From: a virus
Taxonomy: Duplodnaviria > Caudoviricetes
Strand: one strand, 5' to 3'
DNA: 43,006 nucleotides
Virus record (IMG/VR): IMGVR_UViG_3300035492_000412
Location: 1 to 43,006 of that record
Position numbers and translations under genes: made by a program. The stretch's first letter is position 1, and every line of letters starts with the position of its first letter. The notes under the pieces are model-generated. The model was not told the origin of the DNA. It searched no databases and saw only the letters and a program-made list of their open reading frames with translations. This document shows positions 1-7,841 of this stretch, piece after piece.

Positions 1-483
1 CTACTTGTTCCAGCCGAACTTCCAGATAAGGTAGGCAACGACGAGCCCCCCGACCACAGTCACAAACCAGGGGTTGCCTGCGAACCTTACCAGGGGTGGC
101 AAACCAGCTGCGGCTCCTGGGTGGCCAGTGATGAATTTCCTTGTCACGTCTTCGCCAGCCTCCAAGATATCTGCCGGGTCATAACCGGAGCCGGGACTAA
201 TAAATACGATCCCACTGGATTCACGATTCAGCCTGTCGATCTCGCGAACACTCTTGCTGTGCAGGTCTTCTCGTTCAACTTCGTTACGTTGAGCAGTCCG
301 GACGATGTGAATCTTTCGAATCTGTAGGACCGGAATGATCTCGTTTCCACAGATCAGGCTCGTGCCCTTCTTGTAGGGAATCACCAATTTCGGTTTCAAT
401 TCATTCTCATCGAGGTCTTCAAAGACCTGACGTAACTTGTCAGGCTCTTGCTCGACCGCTATCAGCACTTGGTAAAACGCCAC
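1..483 (-). CDS. Membrane-anchored hypothetical protein (about 160 aa), last visible gene of the QueC-like operon
   Basis: ORF 1..567; GTG at 483 has GGAGG 5 nt upstream and sits just after the QueC-like stop (497). C-terminal hydrophobic helix NPWFVTVVGGLVVAYLIWKFGW. Visibly lower GC than the phage genes. Confidence 0.7.
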   Translation of the reverse strand: MAFYQVLIAVEQEPDKLRQVFEDLDENELKPKLVIPYKKGTSLICGNEIIPVLQIRKIHIVRTAQRNEVEREDLHSKSVREIDRLNRESSGIVFISPGSGYDPADILEAGEDVTRKFITGHPGAAAGLPPLVRFAGNPWFVTVVGGLVVAYLIWKFGWNK

Positions 484-496
484 TGGATCCTCCGCC

Positions 497-2635
497 TCAA
501 CCATTCGTGACAGGCCGCACATCCCAAACGATGGGCACCTCAGGTCGGTAGCCCACCACGTCGCCACGCTTGATGCTGTTGTCTAGGTGTTCTGCCAGCG
601 GCTTGTCGTACTTCGCAATCTGCTTGATGGCACGGTCGACGGCGTTGCGGAAGGCGTCCCGGACGTTCTTCCGCTTGTCCCCAGCCTTGCGTTGCCGCCC
701 TCCGAGGCCTTTGCCACCTTCCATCGCTTTGGTCAGGAAAGCCATTTCCTCCTCGATCTCCTCGATGCGGGCGTGGTCACCAGCATCGCGAGCCTCCTCA
801 ATCTCGCCCAGCAGCTCGCGGGCTCGCTGCTGCCACTCGCGTAGGGCTTGCCTGTCTGCGACGTCTCCCGCATCGCCCAGAGGAACGCCTTGGGTCACTT
901 GGAAGCCCTCCTCAATATCTTCCGGTGCCACCCCGGTGTTGGCAGGCAGATCAATGGCGTTGGCCGCGCTTCCAACAGCAATCTCATAGACCGATGTCTC
1001 CCGATCCGGGAACGCCAGCAACAGGTTGATGTACTCGGCTCCCTTGTCTACGCCCTGGATCAGGATGGTGTGTCGTCCCCGACCTTGAAACCGTGCCTCC
1101 CAGACACCACCGCGCTTTCGGAAAATGTTGTCTGGCAGCTTCTCGGCCGAGACCACGGCGGGCATCGAGATTACCGAACCGGACTCATAGGCCGTCCGAA
1201 GCAGGCAGTCGCCTGGGAGCGTGCGTTCACGAATCTCCCTGCTGTAGCGACTGAGCAGATCATCCAATGCCCCCATCACCTCGTTGGCATGCCGCTTGTA
1301 GAGATCGAACACCCGCTGTGCAGCCTGCCCAGCTTTGTCGTAGTTCAGATACTTGAAGACCCGGCCCACGTCGGGGTAGCTGGTGACGAACTGCGCCACA
1401 TCCGTAAGGCCTTTCACCTGATTTGCTCGCTCCAGATAGGCTGCCGCCATGATCTTGTCCACGTTCTTCTTCTGATCTTGGGCATCGCGGCTCTGGGTGA
1501 ACACGTCGAACTTGTAGTGTTCGGCCGGGTCGTGCTGGTCAGCCTTGGCAGCGAGAACGGCAAATCGGCGGTCGATGCATTGCGAGCAGCCTCCGCAGTG
1601 GGTGTGCTGGTTTGTCATCTCCCAGGTGTGGGTGCAGGTCATCGAATGCTTGATCAGGTCGTGGCAACCAGCGTCCGTGATGACCTTGACGACGTCCGCC
1701 TTCGTTTTCCAGATGTAGAGGTTCTCGACTGCGAAGGGCTCACCTGCCACCAATGAAAGCAGGTCTTGGAAGCCTTTCATCACTCTCGGGTGCGTTGTCC
1801 TTGTGGCACGACCGCCGACCACCTGAGCGCAAACCGGAAGATTCAGGCTGATGACGCCGTTCTCGTAGAAGCGGACACTCTTGAGGTTGAGCATCCGGGC
1901 AATCGTCGCACCGATGGAGACGTACAGGAACGACCGGCTGCGCTGTGTGTACTCGTGGTTCAGTTCTTTGGTCTTGTGGACGCGAACGGTAATGCGGTGT
2001 GGCTCGTTGTCGCCTGCTTTCGCGGCCAGCATCTCTTCGAGTACGCGGTGTCGCTTATTGAGCTTGGAGGTCGACTTGTGGGTGACCAAGAGCACGCGCC
2101 GCTTCTGGTTCACAACCTCATCGATGGCACCAGCCAGAGAGTCCAGCCCGCCTGAGAACATCACCACCTGCTCCGGCATCCCGTACATCTGCTGGGTGTC
2201 ATTGAACTCGAGGTACTCCTGGAACTGGTGATCCTGGTCGAGTTTGACGAAGTCGAACTGGTACTGGTCGTCGGACAGGAACCCTAGCGTTGAGCACAGC
2301 GTTTCCTGGACCTCCGCACTGTTCCAAAAATCGGGATTGCGCACCGGAACCACAAAGTGCAGGTCGCGCCGCCAGCCATCACCAAAGGAATCGACATCGT
2401 CCGCACCTCGTTTGACCACCTGATCAGCGCTGTAGACGTAGGTGGCTATCTCCAGCAGGTCGTGAAACAGCGGCGGAACGCCACAAAACATTTTGGTGTG
2501 GACGTCTTCGATGCGCAGGGTGATGTTGCCGTGCCCGGCCTTGCCGGAGAGCCGCAGCCGCAGGTCGCGCGAGGGATCTTCGCTGATGCCTTTTGCAGAC
2601 GCGTTGCCGCACAGAACGTATCGCTTACCTTGCAT
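497..2635 (-). CDS. QueC-family (QatC-like) PP-loop enzyme with a C-terminal extension of about 210 aa, probably DNA-binding
   Basis: PP-loop FSGGLDS; QatC-type motifs DLLEIATYVYSAD, GWRRDL, RSRSFLY, ENGVISLNLP, TRTTHP, KTKADV; Zn site C..HCGGCSQCIDRR. Overlaps the upstream gene by 11 nt. Confidence 0.85.
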   Translation of the reverse strand: MQGKRYVLCGNASAKGISEDPSRDLRLRLSGKAGHGNITLRIEDVHTKMFCGVPPLFHDLLEIATYVYSADQVVKRGADDVDSFGDGWRRDLHFVVPVRNPDFWNSAEVQETLCSTLGFLSDDQYQFDFVKLDQDHQFQEYLEFNDTQQMYGMPEQVVMFSGGLDSLAGAIDEVVNQKRRVLLVTHKSTSKLNKRHRVLEEMLAAKAGDNEPHRITVRVHKTKELNHEYTQRSRSFLYVSIGATIARMLNLKSVRFYENGVISLNLPVCAQVVGGRATRTTHPRVMKGFQDLLSLVAGEPFAVENLYIWKTKADVVKVITDAGCHDLIKHSMTCTHTWEMTNQHTHCGGCSQCIDRRFAVLAAKADQHDPAEHYKFDVFTQSRDAQDQKKNVDKIMAAAYLERANQVKGLTDVAQFVTSYPDVGRVFKYLNYDKAGQAAQRVFDLYKRHANEVMGALDDLLSRYSREIRERTLPGDCLLRTAYESGSVISMPAVVSAEKLPDNIFRKRGGVWEARFQGRGRHTILIQGVDKGAEYINLLLAFPDRETSVYEIAVGSAANAIDLPANTGVAPEDIEEGFQVTQGVPLGDAGDVADRQALREWQQRARELLGEIEEARDAGDHARIEEIEEEMAFLTKAMEGGKGLGGRQRKAGDKRKNVRDAFRNAVDRAIKQIAKYDKPLAEHLDNSIKRGDVVGYRPEVPIVWDVRPVTNG

Positions 2636-3413
2636 CGCTGCGCGCCCCCGCTTTCAACTCGTCCTTCATCTTTTTCAGCGCATAGCCTGCGAATCCGTCC
2701 GACGATTTTCTGGAAATATCACCGCCCTCATGAAACCGGTGCTTTGAGAACCACTCGCTTGAAAACTTCTCGACGATGACCGACGCCTCTCGGGTGTGGG
2801 TCTCCAGAGCTGCATTGAACTGGGCCGATTGATTCATCGTCGCAAAGCGCATTCCATCGCCAAGCTGGGTGTTTACGACCTTGCTCAGGAAATATTGCAG
2901 CCCTTCATTGGCCAGCCGGGCAAAAAATCGCCGGGAGAAGTCGCCAAACTCCTTCGGCTTGCCCAAGTCTGCGAGCGCCGCCCGCATCGTGTCCGGGTCG
3001 GACGAAAAGAGTGATTGCAGTTTGGGCGCGAGGACATCGTTGACGGCACCGACGATGGCCCGATTGGCAAGGCCTCCGAGGTCGGATCGCTGGCCATTGC
3101 CCTCTACGCGCCGATCAAGTGCCTCCGTGATCGCCGTGGTCACATCGATGAGGGAGGGGTCGGCAGGTAGATGGATGCCCGCTGCCGCAAGGTGCTGGTG
3201 GATATCGGGTTTCTTGGCGGCAATGGCCATCTGGGTCATCAGCCAAACGGCCTCGGTGTAGCCCACATCGTCCATCACGAAGGAGAAGGCCTTTTCGGCC
3301 GCCGTGATGGTGGCATTGGCGATTTGGGAGACGTCAGCACCGGCGGCGATCAGTTCGACGACCTCCTTCCACGCCTTCGTTCTTGGCAGTACCCCGAGCC
3401 GAACGTGCCCCAT
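2625..3413 (-). CDS. Helical hypothetical protein starting MGH; positional equivalent of QatB (putative QueC partner/substrate)
   Basis: 262-aa ORF, AAGGGG RBS, ATG-GGG start, stop overlaps the QueC-like start. Function inferred only from position, size and Gly2. Confidence 0.75.
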   Translation of the reverse strand: MGHVRLGVLPRTKAWKEVVELIAAGADVSQIANATITAAEKAFSFVMDDVGYTEAVWLMTQMAIAAKKPDIHQHLAAAGIHLPADPSLIDVTTAITEALDRRVEGNGQRSDLGGLANRAIVGAVNDVLAPKLQSLFSSDPDTMRAALADLGKPKEFGDFSRRFFARLANEGLQYFLSKVVNTQLGDGMRFATMNQSAQFNAALETHTREASVIVEKFSSEWFSKHRFHEGGDISRKSSDGFAGYALKKMKDELKAGARSDAR

Positions 3414-3448
3414 CCAGGATTCCCCTTGTTGAAATCAAAGCATCGCGG

Positions 3449-3682
3449 TCATTCGTTGCGCTTCAAGATCACGATGCTCCGTGCCTTTTTTTCTTCTTTC
3501 CTCAAATACCCCTTGCGTACCAACTGCGCGATTTGTTCATGAGCGCTGGCGTGGCTGATGGCTAGCGCTTCGGCCAATTCCTTGACAGTGGGCGGCAGGC
3601 CCGTGCTGTCGAGGATCTGGCAAATCGCCCTCAGCGTTCTGGTCTGCGGCTCAGTAATGCCTTCGGTCTTTCGCTTGCTCAT
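3449..3682 (-). CDS. LexA-type winged-helix DNA-binding protein without a peptidase domain
   Basis: ITEPQ..L..I......GLPPTVKELAEALAISHASAHEQIAQLVRKGYLRK..KKARSI matches the LexA N-terminal domain pattern; AAGGAG RBS; only 77 aa. Confidence 0.85.
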   Translation of the reverse strand: MSKRKTEGITEPQTRTLRAICQILDSTGLPPTVKELAEALAISHASAHEQIAQLVRKGYLRKEEKKARSIVILKRNE

Positions 3683-3707
3683 GGCATTGCTCCTTGCCGA
3701 TTTGCAT

Positions 3708-3736
3708 AATATATGACCTGATGAAAATCAGGTCAA
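3708..3736 (-). promoter_or_regulatory. sigma70 promoter overlapped by a perfect palindromic operator
   Basis: Minus strand TTGACC (3736-3731), 17 bp, TATATT (3713-3708). Inverted repeat TGACCTGAT-GAAA-ATCAGGTCA at 3714-3735 covers the spacer and -35. Confidence 0.75.
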
Positions 3737-3771
3737 TGGAGGCGACCCAGCGCAGAAAATCTCTGGCCCGA

Positions 3772-4296
3772 CTACGGGCGTGAGGAGCGACGCCAGTCCC
3801 AAGGAGCTATCGGATCGCCATCGCGCCACAGCCCGGCGTGGCGGTCGCGCGCCTCCTGCTCAGCGAACTCGTAGGCACCGGCATCCTCGGCGGACTGCTC
3901 CCGTGCGTACTGGCGGTACCACCAAGCCATCCCGGTTGTGATCTGTGCCAGCCCTGCGTCCAGTGTCTTCGGACACGTGCGTGCGGTGCAGGAAGGGTTG
4001 GCGACCAGTACCTTGCCAACAAGCCGCCCGTAGCGGTCGCGCTTGCTGCTCATCACGACGACGTCTTTGCCGAACACTAGGTCGGACATCGACGCCTTGG
4101 ATCGCTGCCCGAATGCCTGCTTCTTCTCCGGCGCATCGATCCCTGCCACCCGGATCTTGTACTGCGTCCTATCCGCATCGAGGACGGTGACCGTGTCGCC
4201 GTCGGCCACGCCAACCACTCGACCCGTGATGGTCTCCGCACTGGCACTCCACGCCGCCAGGGCGATCAACGTCGCACAGAAAAATCTCCTCGAAAT
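3772..4296 (-). CDS. Thermonuclease (SNase-like) family protein with signal peptide
   Basis: VADGDTV, IRVAGIDAPE, DRYGRLVG, EQEAR...GLW motifs; signal peptide RRFFCATLIALAAWSASA. Start uncertain: ORF is open to 4494, and the best RBS (GGGAG) precedes an ATT at 4296. Confidence 0.85.
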   Translation of the reverse strand: MSRRFFCATLIALAAWSASAETITGRVVGVADGDTVTVLDADRTQYKIRVAGIDAPEKKQAFGQRSKASMSDLVFGKDVVVMSSKRDRYGRLVGKVLVANPSCTARTCPKTLDAGLAQITTGMAWWYRQYAREQSAEDAGAYEFAEQEARDRHAGLWRDGDPIAPWDWRRSSRP

Positions 4297-4393
4297 CTCG
4301 CTCTCCCTATCTGATGCACGCTGAAACGGGATACCCCGACCGCCCTGTGTGCATATTCTTCGTAACGGTCTGACAACTTTACTGGCTACCGAA

Positions 4394-4582
4394 ATGACCG
4401 TCGAACAAACACTCCCTGAATTGATGTCACCTCGACAACGGGCACGCGAGGCCGCAGAAATCATCGCGGCCGCCATCGCGCGCTTGCATTCCACGCGTCC
4501 ACAAGACAGCGATATTCCACTTGGCTTCTCGGCATCCGAGCGCGTTCATACAAACCCCTCTACAGAAGGAGTTTTCAAATGA
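4394..4582 (+). CDS. Small hypothetical protein heading the recombinase operon
   Basis: ORF 4349..4582 with ATG at 4394; stop overlaps the next start (ATGA). Confidence 0.55.
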   Translation: MTVEQTLPELMSPRQRAREAAEIIAAAIARLHSTRPQDSDIPLGFSASERVHTNPSTEGVFK

Positions 4583-5040
4583 ACGCACCAATAACACCAC
4601 CCTCTCTGGCCGCGCAAATCGCCAATCTGCCCAAACTGGCTATGAAAGATTTGTGGGCGGTTTGGGACAAGTATTTCCCGCAGCGACCACCCCACCATAA
4701 CCGGGCCTATGTCGAAGGCCGCGTCGCCTACAAGATTCAGGAGGAGGCGCTGGGCACCGCGCTGCTCGTGCAGACACAAATGGCACGGATCGGCGAAGCT
4801 CAATCCAACATCAAGACGCAGCGCGGCGTGGAAGTTCAGGTCATTCCCGGCACGGTGCTGGTGCGGGAATTTGACAACCGCGAACACCGCGTCACCGCGC
4901 AGGCGGACGGCTCCTTTGAATACGAAGGCCGCCGCTTCAAGAGCTTGTCGGGAGTCGCCCGCCACATCACCGGCACCCAGTGGTCAGGGCCGCTGTTTTT
5001 CGGAATCACCAAGAACAAACAGAAGCGAGGTGCCAAGTGA
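4579..5040 (+). CDS. DUF2924-like protein (recombinase-associated)
   Basis: AYKIQE, PGTVLVREF, FEYEGRRFKSLSGVARHITGTQWSGPLFFG pattern; directly upstream of the serine recombinase. Confidence 0.8.
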   Translation: MNAPITPPSLAAQIANLPKLAMKDLWAVWDKYFPQRPPHHNRAYVEGRVAYKIQEEALGTALLVQTQMARIGEAQSNIKTQRGVEVQVIPGTVLVREFDNREHRVTAQADGSFEYEGRRFKSLSGVARHITGTQWSGPLFFGITKNKQKRGAK

Positions 5041-6404
5041 ACACCGTCGTGACCAAGAAACGATGCGCCGTCTACACCCGTGTCTCGACGGACGAGCGCC
5101 TTGACCAATCCTTCAACTCCCTCGACGCTCAGCGCGAGGCCGGCCAAGCCTACATCGTCAGCCAGCGTGCGGAGGGCTGGTTGCCGGTGGGCGACGACTA
5201 CGACGATGGTGGCTACTCGGGCGGCAACATGGAGCGCCCGGCATTGAAGCGCCTGATGGCCGACATCATGGCCGACCAGATCGACATCGTGGTGGTCTAC
5301 AAAATTGACCGCCTGACGCGCAGCCTGACCGATTTTTCCAAGCTGGTGGAGGTGTTTGAGCGGCACAAGGTGTCGTTCGTGTCAGTGACCCAGCAGTTCA
5401 ACACCACCACGTCGATGGGCAGGCTGATGCTCAACATCCTGCTGTCCTTCGCACAATTCGAACGCGAGGTCACGGGCGAACGCATCCGCGACAAGATTGC
5501 GGCCAGCAAGCGCAAGGGCCTATGGATGGGGGGCTACACGCCGCTTGGGTACGAGGTCAAAGACCGCAAGCTGGTCATCGAGGAGAAGGACGCCGCAACC
5601 ATTCGGCGCATCTTCACGCGCTTCACTGAAACGCGCTGTATCACGGACATCATCCGCGAGATGGCCCTGGAGGGAATTACCACCAAGCCCAACCGGCTGA
5701 AGGACGGCAGCGTGCGCAACGGCACGCCGATGGACAAGAAGTACATCTCCAAGGTGCTGCGCAACCCGATCTACGTTGGCGAAATTCGCCACAAGGGGAC
5801 GGTTTTTGCTGGACAGCACGAGCCGATCATCACCCGGCAGTTGTGGGATCGGGTGCAGGACATCCTGTCTGAGGACGCGCACCAGCGCATGGGCAAGACC
5901 CAGACCCGGCACAAGACCGACGCGTTGTTGCGCGGCCTGATGTACGGCCCTGATGGTGGCAAGTACCACATCACCTACAGCAAGAAGCCCTCGGGCAAGA
6001 AGTACCGCTACTACATCCCCAAGGCGGACAGCCGCTACGGCTACCGCAGCAGCGCCACCGGGATGATCCCTGCCGACCAGATCGAGGAGGTGGTGGTGAA
6101 TCTGCTGGTGGGGGCGCTCCAGTCGCCCGAAAGCATCCAAGGGGTCTGGAACACAGTGCGCAGCAAGTATCCGGAGATCGACGAGCCGACCACCGTGCTG
6201 GCCATGCGCCGCCTCGGGGAGGTCTGGAAGCAGTTGTTCCCCGCTGAGCAGGTGCGGCTGGTCAACCTGCTGATCGAGCGCGTCCAGCTCCTCTCCGATG
6301 GCGTCGACATCGTCTGGCGCGAGTCGGGATGGCGGGATCTGGTCGGTGAGTTGCAGGCGGACAGCATTGGGGGCGAGCTGCTGGAAATGGAGGTGGCCCC
6401 ATGA
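5037..6404 (+). CDS. Large serine recombinase (integrase)
   Basis: CAVYTRVST catalytic Ser motif, YDDGGYSGGNMERPAL, DRLTRS, FAQFERE, recombinase domain NPIYVG; GTG start overlapping the previous stop. Confidence 0.92.
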   Translation: MNTVVTKKRCAVYTRVSTDERLDQSFNSLDAQREAGQAYIVSQRAEGWLPVGDDYDDGGYSGGNMERPALKRLMADIMADQIDIVVVYKIDRLTRSLTDFSKLVEVFERHKVSFVSVTQQFNTTTSMGRLMLNILLSFAQFEREVTGERIRDKIAASKRKGLWMGGYTPLGYEVKDRKLVIEEKDAATIRRIFTRFTETRCITDIIREMALEGITTKPNRLKDGSVRNGTPMDKKYISKVLRNPIYVGEIRHKGTVFAGQHEPIITRQLWDRVQDILSEDAHQRMGKTQTRHKTDALLRGLMYGPDGGKYHITYSKKPSGKKYRYYIPKADSRYGYRSSATGMIPADQIEEVVVNLLVGALQSPESIQGVWNTVRSKYPEIDEPTTVLAMRRLGEVWKQLFPAEQVRLVNLLIERVQLLSDGVDIVWRESGWRDLVGELQADSIGGELLEMEVAP

Positions 6405-6877
6405 ACCGCTCGTCCAAGAAGCTGGTCGGTGATGGCAAACCCCACGAGCGCCGCCACCCGCTGGAAGGCGGCGGTGTCCGGATCACTACTTTCGTGCCGT
6501 TTCATTTCAAGAAGCGCGGCATCAAGAAGGTGATCGTCGCCCCGGAAGGCGTCAGCCAGCCGATTGCCATCACCGATACCCCGGTGCTCACCCCCGAACA
6601 GGATCGCCCGCTGCTGAAGGCGCTGGGGCGAGGTATCTACTGGCAGCAGTTGATCGACAACGGGACGGTGGCCAGCGGCACCGAGATCGCTGAACGCGAG
6701 TGTATCCACCGTTCCACGGTCAACGATCTGCTGCGGCTGGCGCTTCTCGCCCCCGACATCATCCAGGCCGCCTACGAAGGACGGCTGCCTCGGGCAGTGT
6801 CTCTGGAAGCCATCCTGCGGGCCAAGGTGCCCTTGGACTGGAATGAGCAACGCCGGTTGATCGCGTCCCTCGGTTAG
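6401..6877 (+). CDS. Recombinase-associated hypothetical protein with HTH-like segment
   Basis: Coupled to the recombinase (ATGA overlap); IAERECIHRSTVNDLLRLALLAPDII HTH-like motif. Confidence 0.7.
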   Translation: MNRSSKKLVGDGKPHERRHPLEGGGVRITTFVPFHFKKRGIKKVIVAPEGVSQPIAITDTPVLTPEQDRPLLKALGRGIYWQQLIDNGTVASGTEIAERECIHRSTVNDLLRLALLAPDIIQAAYEGRLPRAVSLEAILRAKVPLDWNEQRRLIASLG

Positions 6878-6903
6878 CGAGGGTCTCGCAGAAATATTTT
6901 TCG

Positions 6904-6941
6904 GCTACGCCAAAAGTAGCTGTTGCTACGCCGGATGTAGC
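6904..6941. promoter_or_regulatory. Two tandem palindromic operator-like sites GCTAC-N7-GTAGC
   Basis: GCTACgccaaaaGTAGC (6904-6920) and GCTACgccggatGTAGC (6925-6941), 21 bp apart, intergenic, upstream of the early operon. Confidence 0.6.
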
Positions 6942-7035
6942 GCCTTCCCCGATGAAGGCGTGAACCGGCATCAACGGTCAGTACAGGACTGGCCACCGGT
7001 CGCGCCCCAATCCCTGAACGGGAAGGAGCACGGCA

Positions 7036-7347
7036 ATGGCCTATTCAATGGCACTGTCAGGAGGCTTCGGTGGCACACCGGGCCTCAATTCCGGCGTCGG
7101 ATTCAGTTCGACGCCCACCCCTGAATCAGCAGCGCTGTCCCAGCGGCGATTCCTCAGCGAGGTCGAGCTCGCCAACCGCTGGGGCATGTCCCCAAAGACG
7201 CTCACGCGCTGGCGCGGCATGGGTCGGGGCCCTGTCTTCAACAAGTTTTCGAAGAAGGTGGCTTATCCCCTCGATGGCGAGAACGGTGTGCTCGATTACG
7301 AGAAGCGTCACGTCTACGCGTCGACGTCTGAACGTGTACCGGTGTGA
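7036..7347 (+). CDS. AlpA/excisionase-like HTH DNA-binding protein
   Basis: FLSEVELANRWGMSPKTLTRWR..GRGPVF.K...V.Y; AAGGAG RBS. Confidence 0.8.
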   Translation: MAYSMALSGGFGGTPGLNSGVGFSSTPTPESAALSQRRFLSEVELANRWGMSPKTLTRWRGMGRGPVFNKFSKKVAYPLDGENGVLDYEKRHVYASTSERVPV

Positions 7348-7358
7348 GGAGAGCAGCC

Positions 7359-7841
7359 ATGAAAGAACTGACTCTCTATCCGGCCGACCTCGCGAGCATG
7401 ACCGTCGCTCAACTGGCGGCCGCGCCGATCCAGGATTTATTGGACGCCGAGCGCAATGTCGACGAGGCCATCGCATTTCTCAAGCCACTGCGCGCCAAGC
7501 TGGATGCCGCCAAGCTCCAGCGCTACGGCGAACAGGCCCGAACTGCACTGCGTGACTCCGGCCGCGACTTCGGCACCGCCCACGTCAGCGACGGTGCGCT
7601 GCACGTCAAGTACGAGGTCCCCAAAAAGGTGACCTGGAACCAGACCATCCTCAAGGAGATGGCCGAGCGTATCGTCGCTTCGGGCGACAAGGTCGAGGAT
7701 TACATCGACATCAAGTTGTCGGTATCCGAGTCTCGCTATACCAACTGGCCCACGGCGCTGCAGGAGCAGTTCGCCGCCGCGCGCACCGTAGAGGAAGGTA
7801 AGCCGACCATCACCCTGACGCTCGATGGGAGTGCCGCATGA
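7359..7841 (+). CDS. Conserved phage hypothetical protein
   Basis: GAGGAG RBS, ATG 7359, stop overlapping the next start; operon context. Confidence 0.7.
   Translation: MKELTLYPADLASMTVAQLAAAPIQDLLDAERNVDEAIAFLKPLRAKLDAAKLQRYGEQARTALRDSGRDFGTAHVSDGALHVKYEVPKKVTWNQTILKEMAERIVASGDKVEDYIDIKLSVSESRYTNWPTALQEQFAAARTVEEGKPTITLTLDGSAA

Noticed and set aside
497-2635. Housekeeping queC or a phage 7-deazaguanine DNA-modification (dpd) cluster
   Set aside because: The protein is about three times canonical QueC length with QatC-type motifs, and no folE, queD, queE or dpdA/TGT gene is in the window.
1-3682. Calling the operon canonical qatABCD
   Set aside because: No KAP-family NTPase or TatD nuclease; the flanking genes are a LexA-like HTH and a TM protein. 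Genes beyond position 1 cannot be seen.
3449-3682. Host SOS repressor lexA
   Set aside because: Only the DNA-binding domain is present, with no Ala-Gly cleavage site or Ser-Lys peptidase domain; no CTGT-N8-ACAG box was seen by eye at its promoter.
4300-6900. attL/attR next to the recombinase
   Set aside because: No convincing matching sequence was found by eye at the other end. Serine integrase cores are very short, so comparison with an empty-site genome is needed.
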